This document shows positions 40,999-53,754 of a stretch of DNA of 64,000 nucleotides, piece after piece. Both the position numbers and the translations under genes were made by a program. Within the stretch, counting starts at the first letter, position 1, and each line of letters starts with the position of its first letter. The DNA is from Cenococcum geophilum. Lineage: Eukaryota. The notes under the pieces were generated by a model. It saw only the letters and a program-made list of their open reading frames with translations, did not search any database and had not been told where the DNA came from. The DNA lies in contig CP158635.1 in the NCBI GenBank assembly GCA_050273025.1, positions 7,688,001 through 7,752,000 of the forward strand, in the 5' to 3' direction.

Positions 40999-41034
40999 TT
41001 AACTGATAGGTAAAGGAGGAATTAAGATGGTATT

Positions 41035-41310
41035 TTGTCGTTAGGATCGTCCTTATTATTAGGATCGTCCTTATTGTCAGGATCGTCCTGTGACGATTGA
41101 GATGGAATCTCGTGGAATCTCGTGGAATCTCGTGTTAGGATCGTCCTTTGACGATAAGGTCGAATCTCTCATTAGGATCGTCCTGTGACGATGAGGTTGA
41201 ATCTCGTAGAATCTCATGGAATCTTGTCCTGTGATAATTGAGGTAGGATTTCTATCAGAGTCTGCGTCTTGACGATGAGGTGTTAGAGTCTGACGATGAG
41301 GTAGAATTTC
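41035..41310. repeat. Short tandem repeats in the Copia 5' UTR
   Basis: AGGATCGTCC about 5 times, GGAATCTCGT about 4 times. Confidence 0.8.
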
Positions 41311-41595
41311 TTTAAATGATTGAATAATAGCTAAATAGCTTCTTGTCTCGGCGGACCGGGCTCATAACTGTCACGAAGCTCGTATTGAGCTGTTCATTGA
41401 TGAAATGGGTTGATTGATTGATGGTGTCTTGATTTGACCTTGGACCTAGGGCCCTCGGGCTAAGATAAAGAGGTTTACAATGCACGTGACTCGTGCACGG
41501 TCTACGCCTCTAGAGAATACAGGTTATCTGACAATATTACTACTACGTAACTTGGTTGATATATATTAAGTTAGGTTTATTTACTTTAAAAGCTA

Positions 41596-41671
41596 TCCGT
41601 TTTAGGCTAAGCTCGGTTACTTTCTAAATTTCTTAAAATTTGGAAAGTAGTTGAGCTTAGCCCGAAATGAA
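41596..41671. mobile_element. 76-bp TA-flanked palindrome (miniature TIR element)
   Basis: arms TCCGTTTTAGGCTAAGCTCGGTTACTTTCTAAATTT / AAATTTGGAAAGTAGTTGAGCTTAGCCCGAAATGAA differ by transitions; TA on both sides. Confidence 0.6.
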
Positions 41672-41899
41672 TATTATATCCTAATGTCCGTCCCTAGGTC
41701 GCGTAAAACCTACTATACCGCAAAATATAAGGGGTACTTTAACTTTAAGCGACCATAACTCTGTACACACGTTAAGATTTATTATAATTCTATATAAGTC
41801 GTATAATAGAGCTTCTTTTAAACATTTAGGACAGCTCCCGCCTATAAATTATATTTATATTATCGCCTTTACGCCTAATTTATAGAGAGCCTCCTTCTA

Positions 41900-42300
41900 T
41901 AGCATAATAGAGTTCCTTCCCTATAGCACCGCTATTATGCTCTTACTACTCTATAATACTTATAAACAATCTTATTAAGCCTTAGAACCTTACTATAATA
42001 CTAAGAAGTTATTATTAGCCTTATACCTACTATCGCGTATAAATTTATATAAGGCCGCTACCCTAGTCGGTACTTCTAATTAAACTAACTACCGATTTTG
42101 GCTAGTATAAAACGACCCTATACCTACATAATTATCGCGGTGTAATTTATTTATAATAACTGTTAGGCCTATAGCTGTATGGAGTCTTGGCAGGCAGGCC
42201 AACCTTAGCCCTATAGCCTTACAATCTCCTCTAGTTAACTAACTCGACTCTCTAAAAATACCTATAGAATTCGCCACCTTATAAGGGTCTGGCCGGTAGA
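41900..42300 (+). pseudogene. Possible protein kinase domain remnant
   Basis: IKP*NL and IKLTTDFG in one frame (41973-42102), VWSLG (~42177) in a shifted frame. Confidence 0.35.
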
Positions 42301-42799
42301 GGTCAGCCACTCTCCCTACTAGCGGGGGCGAGCTTAAAGTATTTTACGCTTTAATTACCTGCTACAAATACCGCTAATTATACTACCCGTCCTAATAAGC
42401 CTTTATAGATATTTTGGGCTTAAATATATATTTATATGGTGAAAATAGTCAGCTAACTAGAATAATTATAGGACTGATATATAGAGGCAGCAACAGAGCC
42501 CCTAACTTTATAGTTATATATCTCTTAACTTTAGACTTTTAAGTGCTTATAAGGTATACACTTCTAGAGCGTAAAAAATAACCAATATTGGTAAAAGTAA
42601 ATGCCCTACTAATACGAGAAAGCTATAGTTTAGCGCTTAAGCTAATATATATAGTATTCTTATAAACGATATATCGCACTAGCTTAACCCTAAACGCTTA
42701 ACCATGTCCTTTAATTATCTTATATATAATTATACTGTCCTATTTAAGTCTAAATAGTATATAGGTAGTATAGACTAAGGAAAGTTACAGATTAATAGT

Positions 42800-43450
42800 G
42801 CTCTTTTATTAGACTAATAACGTTCCTAATAATAATGGACAAATAGCTTTGTATAAGGCTATATAAGCAAGCCATATTTAAGCTATTAGAGTACTGTTAG
42901 ATTTAAGTATAAATATTAAGGCTTAAGATAATAATAGACGGATAGCTCTATATAAGCTGGCATAAATAGAACTGGCTAAAGTTATATTTACTAGAGGTTA
43001 AGTATTATATAAAATCGCTTGTTTAAAGGATATAATTGGCTATAGACTAGAATATAAAAGAGAAAGATAATAAAAGCAATTATAAAGGGAGTTTACTAAA
43101 GCACTAGAAGCGCTTCTAAGTTAGGGCGCTAATATTAACGCCTAAGACAAGAATGGACAATCCCCTTTATACAAACTAGCATAAGTAGGGTCGGTTTAGG
43201 CCATTAGGAAGCTTCTAGAGAATAGTGCTAACGTTAAATCTTAAGACAATAATAGATAGACGGCTTTGTACGAGCTGGCACAAATAGGACTATTTAGAAT
43301 TATATTTATTAGAGATTAAGTATTATATAAAATCACGTATTTAGAGGATATAATTAGCTACAAACTAGAACGTAAAAGAGAAAAATTATAAAAGCAATTA
43401 TAAAGGGAGTTTACTAAAGCACTAGAAGCGCTTTTAAGTTAGGGCATTCT
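42800..43450 (+). pseudogene. Ankyrin-repeat gene remnant with an internal 318-bp duplication
   Basis: de-RIPed NGQTALH...AIRVLLDLGANIEAQDNNGRTALHEL and GANINAQDKNGQSPL; GTTTACTAAAGCACTAGAAGCGC at 43091 and 43409. Confidence 0.75.
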
Positions 43451-45779
43451 CGTTAAGAGATATCTAGACAGCGTCTTAGCTATAACGAACCTTGCGGCTA
43501 CTCCTAAAGATTATAGAAAGCTAGATAAAGTAGCTATAATAAAAATGGATAAGGGTTTTAGTATTTTTTATTCTAAATCTTACTATATACAAACACACCT
43601 TCCCCTTAAGAAGAGTTCTATTATAAGTCTAGTTAAAAGCCTTATATTAATAAAGAGTTCTCCCTATTAAGACTTCTATATATATATATATCCTAATAGA
43701 AATGCTTAGGATGACTGGAAGTTAATACTGCTAATAATTCCTAAACCATTACGATACTGGCTACAATTCGACTCCCCTTATAATTACATCCCCTATTAGA
43801 CTTATACTCTCGGTTTTAATAAGCCAAAAGATTTTTTAATCCCTCTTATTATAGTAGGAGCCCCTATAATTATCCCTATTCCCTATAAATAGCTACTAAC
43901 CTCTAGCGTTTCCCCTCCTCCTAATCCCTATCTAAAGCTTATTAAACTTTCTAACCTACTAACTGCCACTATAATTAAGGAAATCCTTAACACGTTTAAA
44001 GAATATTTAGGATTCTATTTGCTACTAAACGGAATACTTTAGATTATAGTACCTAAAATTTTCGATCGGGAGTAGGCTTCTTCGCATCTCCTAAATGGGT
44101 TTAGTAGGCTTTAGGTCTGCTATATCTTATAGATAATACGCCCTACTATAGACAAATCTTCTAAACCTATTAGTGCGAAATCCAGCATCGCTAGTGGCAG
44201 CGTTTTAGGCAATATGCGCTTCTTTTTTAAGACGCCCTAATAACCAATTACTACAGGCGTAGCTTTATCTTTACAGCTTAATAGCTTTATAAAAGCGAAG
44301 AAAAAAGCCTCCTAGTCTAAAAAGAGATATCGGGGAAGGATTAGCCTAAAAATGAGGTGTAAAAACAAAACCTACCTTATAATATTAATATATGTTATTA
44401 TAGAAGCCCTTAGAGCGAAAAGCTAGGATGTTACGCCTTTTTGGTCCAAATTATATAGTTCTTATACATATTTAAATAGAGGGTAGGCAGATAAGGTTGA
44501 GATCCTATCTTTAAATAAAGAGGTATGCTAAATCCTACGTCCTGCGACAACGGAATCCTACTAACTAAGTAAAAAGATTGGTAAGGTTATAAAGACCTTT
44601 AATCTTAATACTAAAAAGTACCCGAATAGATATAGGAACGATGTCACTCTAGTTAAAGCTTTTAAAGAAGATCTTACGGCAGAGGTCAAATCCCCTATTT
44701 TTGACCTTAGATGGCTTTCTTGTAAAGGCTAGGATTAACTCCGCTAGCATATAAGCTATATAAAACTCTTAGGCTCTATAGACAGGACGTACTAAAAAGA
44801 CTACCCAGCTAAAAGTATGAAGTTAGATAGAATCTCTAAGTATTTAGTATAGCCTACAAAATTCTCCTACTGTAATTTTCTATCCTTAAGAATAACTAGC
44901 TAATATAGGCGCAGATTATAGGGACTAGAATCCTTTATAACTAATAGCTATTTATTAGGCCCGGAAACGTAAACGACTTATAAATTAAGATTGGGCAGCG
45001 TATAAACTAGTTAGATCTTATTAAAAGCTATATCTTATATTATATCTTGCCGGACTTTAAGGAGCCGACTAGTTAAAGTGCAATAGCTTTATATACAGAA
45101 GGAGTGCGGTCTAATAAAAATACGGAATCGAGCGTCTTAGGGTTTTAGTCGTTTATATAATAGGCGCAAGTTAATATATATAATCTAAAGGACAAGCATC
45201 TAATAAAGAGGCTAGAATTAGGTTAGGTAGCTTTTTATAGGGCATATTAGGTACTAATAGAGATAATAAATAATCATAAGATAGTTTTAGTTATAGTTAA
45301 GTAGACAATTCGGTTTCCAAGGGTATAAAATATCTATTAGAAATAAATCTCCTTATTAGTTTACTAAATTCTATTACGCGCAGCCTATATAGGGCTACTC
45401 ACCGCTTCTAAGGTAAAAAGCCAGATATTACTTATGCAGCCCCTAGTATAACCTATAAAACTATTAAGATTACAACAACGGTTGCAAAACTGTTAATTAT
45501 TAGCATACGTCCAGGGCTTCCTGACCAGCTTAACAAGCATGGCGGCTTAGGGTTGTTTTGGATAATGCGAATAAGCGAGCATAAAATATCCTTATCCAAT
45601 AGAAAATGTATAAAATATCACAATTGAGAAGGATAAAAGTGCCCTGTGCGGGGCTTTTCTACCCTAACTAAGTAGAATTTAGCAGAATTTAGTAGATATT
45701 GCAGATATTATAGATATTATAGATATTACAGATACTGCGGATATTGCGGATATTATAGTAGAAACAGGTCCCTATATAC

Positions 45780-47900
45780 CTCTCCCCCTAACTATATAGT
45801 AGTTAAATACTTAAAGAAAAATTCCCTATCCCTCTTACAGTTCTTCTCTAATGCTAATTCTTTAAACACTCTGTTTTCTTAAGAGTTTTAAAATCTATCT
45901 ATATTCTCTCCCACAATACCATATAACGTCCTCCTAAAAAGACTCTTTCTAGCTTATTACTTATTGCTAGAATTAAGAGAATTTTAATTGCTATAAGTGA
46001 GAGCCATAGCCAGCGCTTTCGTTATTGTTCCTAAGACCACCACTAAAGTGTAGTCGTTAAAATCTTATACGGCGTCTTAGAGATAAAGTCCTTATACTTA
46101 TCCTAACTTTTTAGTTAAAACATTATACTATTAAGATCCTCGGCAATCTTATTAAACTTATTAAGGTCTTAAGCTAGAGCTAGCTTTTTATATAATAATA
46201 TACTTTTAGGCGTAGAACTCCTATTCTAATATCTTTCCTAAAGCTCTTTAATGCTATTAAGTGCAGGCTTACGCCACTCCTTTTCCCAAACCTGCTTAAT
46301 ATATCTTATATAATGGGCTGGATAAAGAATAAATGCAGCGGCGTAAAGGGGCGAGATATCTATTTTATAGTAATATTTATTAAAGGTATTTTAAGTATTT
46401 CTAATACGTTTAGAGAACTCTTTATTAGATATATACTCCTTCTATTATATAATATTAGCTAAATTAGAAAATAAAGTAGGGAGATAAACTAACCTAAGAT
46501 TTATTAAGGTGCTTAATTATAATATCTATTATAAAGAGTACATTCTTAAGCGTTGCTTCATATCCCTGGTATTTTAGGGTTACCTAGTAGAATATCTAAA
46601 GAAACCTTTTTATTATATAAAGCGCCTCCCAGTCCTTTAGACTAAGATAGCCCTTTTTTAGTGTATTAAGATTACGCTTAGTATACGTATTAAGGGCAGA
46701 CTCTTTCTAAATTGCTACGCTAAGTATAAAATACTAGCTATTCCATCTTGTATAATTATTAAGCGGAATTCTTCTCCCTATATGACTTTTAAACTCCCTT
46801 ATATAACTAGCTAAGCTATGGGTGTATATAGTAATATTATAAAGCTTTCTAAGTACGCTAAGTTTCCAAAATGTATTACTCTTCTCTTCCTCCTCTTTTA
46901 GATCCAACTCTTTTCCTTTTGCCTTATCTTCTTCGTACAACTTAATATTATTAAGACTTATTAAGTTTTTAAAGAGGAAATCCTAAACGGCAAGGTTTAG
47001 AATATAACCCTAATAGCAGATCCGTTGGTAAACGGGGTTCCATTTAATTCCTTCTTCTTAGAAAAGCTAGTCGCTTATTATACAGCAGAGCTTATTATTT
47101 ATAGTATAGTTATTGGATATAACAGTACCCAGCTTTTACGTAATCCCGTAGTTCTTAAGCACTAAAAGGAAAGTATTCTATTACTTGTCCCCGCTATAAG
47201 AGGCTACTATATGGAGGCCAAGAGAGTGTTTATAAGCTTTTCCTAGCTATTAATAAAATGGCCGCAAATCGCGAGGAGAAGGTGATTATTTAAAGAGGTC
47301 TAGATATTAACGGAGAGATAAATACTTATTAGTGTAGACTGCAGCCTCTTTCGTACAATATCCTTTTATAATAGCTATAAGTTATAAACTTTTTTTACTA
47401 ACTATTAAATGGGCTATAGTTATATGGCCGTCTACTTTAAGATTAATTGACTATAAAAGGACATAGAACTCCGACCACTTAACTATTTAAAATAGTAGGT
47501 TTTGTATAACAATTAATGTAATGAGGGCCTTATTAATAACTTCCTTATTTAGGACCGCTTGGAGTACTTCTAAATCTAGCTCTTCTATCTTATTTTAAGA
47601 TAACGCTTTAAAGTAAAGATCTTTTAATTAATCCTATATTACTTCTTTATATAACTAGTTTAGGCTTAACCGTAATGCTATGCTTTAACGCCAAGTAGTT
47701 TTGGAAATTAGAAGTTAACTACGCAGTGTATAACTCTATACAGTGTTTATAATAGAATAAAAGACGGGAATTTTTATTTTATACGAGCTTATTACTACCT
47801 AGTGGGCGGGTATGCTCCCATATTAAAAGAGCTAAGCGACCTCTTATATTTTTTAATTTAGAGGTATTAGCAGAGTCAAGAGCTTCTAATTCTACTTCTA
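45780..47900 (-). pseudogene. hAT-family transposase remnant
   Basis: RIPLNNYTRWNS (ORF 46734-46940), RICY*GYILNLAV (~47000), dimerization domain WW...IPAMSDEPERVFS (~45930-46045); TIRs not resolved. Confidence 0.88.
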
Positions 47901-48566
47901 AAGTTATATTTATATAATAACAAAGAAGTAAACCTTTAAACCGGAAAAGTAATAGTCCGACGTCTAAGCGGGCTTAAACCGCCTAGGCCACGCACACTTA
48001 GGCCAAATCTTAACGTTGTCACCAAAGGTAAGCCCCTTTCTCGGAAAAGTTAGCAAAATTCTATATACGGCTTAGTTAATACCTAGAAATACCTAGTACG
48101 CCTTAATATAAGATAGGGCGCGGAGTTAGACTTGCTCTAAAAGTATAAGATAATATATTGCATTTTATATATTTTCTAAGAAAAAAATATACGTTTAGTC
48201 CTTTTTCTAGTACATAATAAACGATTATAATAAAACCTAGCGCTAGGTTTCTAAAGGTATATAATTACTAGTAAAATTGGCTTAAAGCTTTTTTAAGACT
48301 GAAAAGTAACCGTCTAATAACCGTCCAGTAATAGTCCAGTAGAGGTCTAGATGTAGTATAGGTAACTATTCTTAAGGGGTACTACTAGGAATTTGGCCTT
48401 ATCTACTAAATTTTCTAAGAAAAATCTTAAAAGCGGGCATACGCCGTAAGCACGAATTTTTTAACGTAGTAGATACTAAATCTTATTATAAATTCTAAAT
48501 ACGCACTTATAATTCATCGGAAAAAAGAGGAAAAACCATAAAAAAAGTTTTATCTTTTTATTGCGC

Positions 48567-49890
48567 TAATTAAGATTATTATTATCCTAAGGCCGAGATT
48601 CCCCTTTAAGTTCTCGGTATTTCTAAGCAATTTAGTAATTACTCTTATATACCTCCACCTTTAAACCTTTTTAATATATAAAAACTTCGTTAAAACCTAG
48701 CAATTTTCCTTAATATTTAGCTCTTGCCCTTGCAACATCCTCGGTATTAATTATTTAACGTTTTAACCAAGCTTTTAATACTATTTCCATCTATTTTATA
48801 CGCCTACTTTACTTAGAGCTCTTATTAACCCTAGAAAAGTCCTTCTAAAAAGTAGTTTTACTAGAATATATACTATATATTAATAAAATAGTCTATAAAA
48901 TAAAGTATAATTAGTAAATATAGGTAGGGCTTTTAATATAAATTAGATATATTAATACCTTTTACTCTAAATAGCCCTTTTTTTAAGGTTTCCTAAGACT
49001 CTTTTACTACGCCACAGTATAATTAAGCCTAATATTTTAATAGAATTGGAATAACTTTTACTTTTATAAGTAAAGAGTAGTACTAATTATAAAATAATTA
49101 AGAAATATTATTAGTATAACTAATAATTCCATGCGGCCATATAATATCCTTATTTAAGAACTTTAGTAGTATTCCATTTATAGTAATTTTCCTAAATAGG
49201 TAATAGTTTTCTTAGAGTAGTAGAGAATATTTAAGGGTATTTAACTAGAAAATTAAGGTTAATACTTAAGGTTAGTTAAGGTGCTAAACGGCATTAAACT
49301 AAGATAAATTTCGTATAAATTTTATAAAAGTCTCTTAAAGACCTTGCTATACTAAAGTAAAATCTCTAGCAGTCTTAATATTCAAGTTAAAATTAAATGA
49401 ATTCTGCCTTTAAATAGTAACCTCTACTTAGAGAGGTAAAGCGCGATCTTTTTCTTAATACAGCTAAGATATATTAGAGAAATTCTTAGAGACTAAAAGA
49501 GTATAAAAGTGGGTCTTAAAGGGACTAAAAAGTAAAGGTATTTTTTAGTATTTTTAAAGATCATTTATACGGTATAGGTGAATTCTTAGAGGATTAATAT
49601 CCTTTATATCGGATTCTTTAAGAAACTGCACCGTTTCTCCTTTATCTTGCCTAAAGAAATTAATTATATTTTTCTATTAAGGATATACTCTTATTACGGT
49701 TATACTAATATTTCCTTATAAATTGCAATATCTTTATATATTCTTTTTTTAGATTAAATAAATTCCTTAGTAAACCTAAGAAGCCGTTTATTTTAAACGG
49801 CAACTACAGTATCTTAAGCTTTATTTCTTATTAAACCTAAGGTTCCTCCTATACCCCAAGCTGCTACTTTTTTCTTTTTAATAGAGCCAT
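48567..49890 (-). pseudogene. Unknown gene divergent from the tyrosine recombinase
   Basis: ATG at 49890; de-RIP readable stretches such as MEIVLKAWLKRQIIDTEDVARARAK; probable introns; no domain recognised. Confidence 0.45.
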
Positions 49891-50145
49891 ATTGAGAAAA
49901 ATAATTACAATAATAGAACTTTTAGAGATTTTATTAAAAATATCTTAAAATTTTAGATATTTAATTTTAGATTTATATAGTAAAAATGGCTGCATTAGCG
50001 GTTTTTTCTATAAACGCTAATTATTTTTTAGATTTCTTTAATAAAGGACTTACCCCACACCTTATTTTTACTAAAAACCTTCCAATTATTTTCCACGCAT
50101 ATAAGCCTTAGAAAAATTAAGAATTACTTTCTTTCTTCTTGGAAA

Positions 50146-51725
50146 ATGTCTTATCTCTCTTAAATTAACTCTTTTCTTTTATTATTAGATACTAAAACTC
50201 CCTTAAATTCTATATAGAAAGCTATAAAAGATACTAAAATTAATAAGGAACTTAATAAGCAATAAGAGATTTTAGTAGCAGAATCTAATAATTCTGTTAA
50301 AATTAATAAGTTATTTAAAACTATATATAAGGCTATAGAGGGTATATTAGCACCTCTAACTTTATTAGGTTATATAGGGTATATTTCCTATATATTCTAA
50401 AAATTTAGTTAAAAATACTTATATCTAATAAAATTATTCTAGGCAAATAAAAAAGTATATTAAATTTATAAAAAAGAAAGCCCTAGAGCTTGAAAAGTTC
50501 GTTAAAAAGCTAAATAAAGATGTTCTACTATTAATATGCCTATGGATTTAATCTGTCTATAAAAAGGCCACACCTAGCTTATCTTCTTAGTTACTATAAG
50601 AAAGTAAGAATAGAACCTAATTATATACGCAAAAAATGCGTATAGCAGTCTCCTATTTCTATGCTCACGAGGTTCGTTTTAAAAGTAATTAATTTTTTAA
50701 GAAAAGTAATAGAGAATGGACAGAAAACCTAATACTTTTAGATATTGTAGTAAGATATATAAGAAGTCTATATAAACAAAAGGTATATTTTCTTTCTCGG
50801 TAATACCAATAATTATTTACTATTTACTATAACTAACGCTATTTTATAAACGTATATAGAAGAAACGCAAAAAAGTATAAAAGTAATTACTATATTAAAG
50901 CTTTAAGAGCTTTACGAATATAACGAATCTTAAATATACTTCTTAGTTATCCCGTCTTCCTATAGGTTAAGAAAGACGGATTTAAGGAGGTGTTTATCAG
51001 CGTATTATAATAAGCCTTATATATACAATAGCTTTTGCCTATTTTCTTAGATTTAATAAGGTTCTACATATTAAAGTTCGGTATATTTAAATCCATAACC
51101 TTACTACTAGAAAGGTTAAACTTACGCTTAATTTTCGGAAAACACATTAAATAGGAGGTAAGATATTAAAATTTTAAAAGTATATCTAATTTTAACGGCT
51201 TTATAGAAATCTAACCCTTTTTTCTTTACTTTAACCAAGAAGAGCCCTAGCTTAATATACCCACTCTTCTACTTAAATGGCTAGATATCTCAAAAGTTAC
51301 ATTAAGTTACTTATTTAGACTATTTAATGCATTTAACTAGCCAATAGTTAGTAAAAATATTAAATTAGTAGGTTTTTTATTATTTTATAGAGAGTTTATT
51401 ATTTTAATATTTTATCTAAGCCTCTAGAGTTTTTCTTTAGAATTTTTAATAAAATCTTATTAATATTAGGGAAGATCCGCTTGTTTATAGGGGCCACTCC
51501 TTTTAAAGGGGTAGCGTTTAGTATTTTTCTAGTAAAAAATGCTAGGGAATTCGGAAATTATATAGTTAGGAAGGCTAGAGCTTAGAGTTTAATTCTTTAA
51601 CAATTATATAGTATCTTCTTAGTAAAAACAATAATCTAATTAAATCTTATAAGGATTATATAAATCCTAAGGCTTAAAAAGGTACCTTATATCCTTATTA
51701 TAGAAGATCTTATAATTGTGCTTAA
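50146..51725 (+). pseudogene. Tyrosine recombinase (Crypton-like), multi-intron, RIP-inactivated
   Basis: de-RIPed motifs HAQKMRAAVS (~50625), AFACFLRFDEVL (~51030), LDFRKTHQ (~51127), YGGHSFRRGGVQY...W...WGGWS (~51486-51580), C-terminal CxxCGRSCxC; GT...AG introns. Confidence 0.85.
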
Positions 51726-52217
51726 TATATAGTTTTATTAGAATATCTTTATATATATATTTAACGTAAGTAATAGGGTTATAATGGATGGTATAGCTAT
51801 AATAGTAAGACCTTACTACCTTTTTAAATAGACTTCCTATCTACCTAATTAAGTATATTACTAGTTCTAAAATTAAAATAATAGAAACCTACCTCTATTT
51901 TAAATATATATTATATTCTTTAATTAATATCTAATATAGATCCTATATAGGCCTATATAGACTACTCCATATATAAAGAAATTTATATATTTATAAAAAA
52001 AAGCTCCTAGTATTATATTTTAAATACTTATACTATAATACCTTACTAGCCTTTATAACCTAATCGTAATAAAACTATATAAATCGCTACTAATACTTAG
52101 CGTTTTAGCTATTATAATAATTAGAGAGCCTATATAAAAGCCTATAGATTAGATCTTATAAGATATAAGCTTTATACTTTTTAAGTAATCTAATATATTA
52201 AAATAGTATTAAATTTA

Positions 52218-52932
52218 GGACAACGATAGCCATACACCCCCTAAATGATACGTGTACACCCCCCAATTGATACGCATACACCCCCTACCTCATTTGGTTT
52301 AGATGCATCCTCATTAAGTTAGATGCTCCCTTATTAAGTTAGAGTATCATATACGTTTGACTTGTTTGCGTCTACATCGCGAAAATTAAAGTATGCGCCA
52401 TATAGGTTTTATAACTGCAATATCACAATTATATCTTAATTTTAGTTATAGTATAAGTAGTAGAGTTAAAATTGGAACGCGCTAAAGTCGATTAATTGGA
52501 TTACGCGGTGCTTTATGAGGCGTCGCGTAAACTAATTTGCGTGCTACTACCTCTGCTGCCTCTGCGCCCACACCCGCGCCCACGCATGCGCCTATTGGGA
52601 CCTAAAATAATAACTCTACTTCGTATTTAAGAGCTTATAATTATAGAGCGTCGCAGTAGTTAGCTAATTAACTCTATAACCTACTTTATAATTACTAATC
52701 GCGTTAACAGATCTACTTATAAAGAGCCTTTAGCATTTAAACAAAATACTAGGGCTTATACTTTGGTTTTCGCGATTAGGCGTAAACAAGTCAAACGCAC
52801 GTGATACTCTAACTTAATAAGGGAGCATCTAACTTAATAAGGATGCACTAAACCAAATGAGGTAGGGGGTGTATGCGTATCAATTGGGGGGTGTACGCGT
52901 ATTATTTAGGGGGTGTATGGCTATCGTTGTCC
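52218..52932. mobile_element. 715-bp non-autonomous element with ~170-bp TIRs (Mutator-like)
   Basis: GGACAACGATAGCCATACACCCCC... / ...GGGGGTGTATGGCTATCGTTGTCC; flanked by TAAATTTA on both sides. Confidence 0.88.
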
Positions 52933-53754
52933 TAAATTTATAGATCAGGCTTATATTATTAATTTATCTATTTATAGAGTTAGTATCTATATATATAATA
53001 TAATAATAAGGAGGTAAGTTACTAGCCTTTTATACTATTAAAAGATTAGCTTTTAATACTCCTACTTAAATTAATAATATAGGTTAATAACTTTTACTTA
53101 AATTAACTATATAGAAAAGAGAGCTTCTATTTAATCCTTATATAGATTATATAAATAGATAGACTAAGTAAAGTATAGGCTTATTAAACCTTAAAATAAA
53201 CTCTTGTAAAAAAAGTAAAAAAAGAGTATTTAAGTAGATTTCTTTTTAATAAATAAAATCTAAATATTATAGTTTAACTAATCTTTTATAAATTATTATC
53301 CACCTATTCTCTATAAATAGATAGTCTCTTAATAGGGCTATATTTTATACCTATTAAAGAATATATATTAAGTACTTATTTTACCTAAAAATAGCTTTTA
53401 TTAATATTATACTATAGCTTTTTTAACTTTACTTTTTACTTTATATACTTTAATAATTCTTTTACTATTCTTAACCACTATTACTTATTATAGGTTTTAG
53501 ATTATAATATTAGATAATAAAATACTTTTTAGTTTTTTATATAGGGCTAACTACTACCCCTAGAGCCTATAATAGATTAGGTAAATATAAGTAATACTAC
53601 TTTACTTTTTATATAATTATTAAGTAAGTATATGAAAGTGTATATACCTATAAATATTTAAATATCTTAAGAGAATTATTTAAAAAGAATTAACCCCTAC
53701 TAGGTAATACTTAAAGACTTAGTTATATAAAAATAAAAATAGAGGGGGGAAAGG

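Larger units (their letters stand above)
35797..41533 (-). mobile_element. Ty1/Copia LTR retrotransposon, full length (5.7 kb)
   Basis: 165-bp LTRs at 35797-35961 and 41369-41533; TSD ATATT; PBS GTTATGAGCCC; PPT AAGGGGG. Confidence 0.97.

Noticed and set aside
45512..45646. CAGGGC...GCCCTG as hAT TIRs
   Set aside because: Only a 6-bp match, no 8-bp TSD, and it does not bracket the transposase
50146..51725. Starship captain assignment for the YR
   Set aside because: Motifs are HSFRRGG/WGGW type, the gene is short, and no DUF3435 features or Starship boundary were recognised
52941..53750. Possible Gypsy integrase remnant (TDGQTE-like at ~53150)
   Set aside because: Too degraded by RIP to support from one short motif
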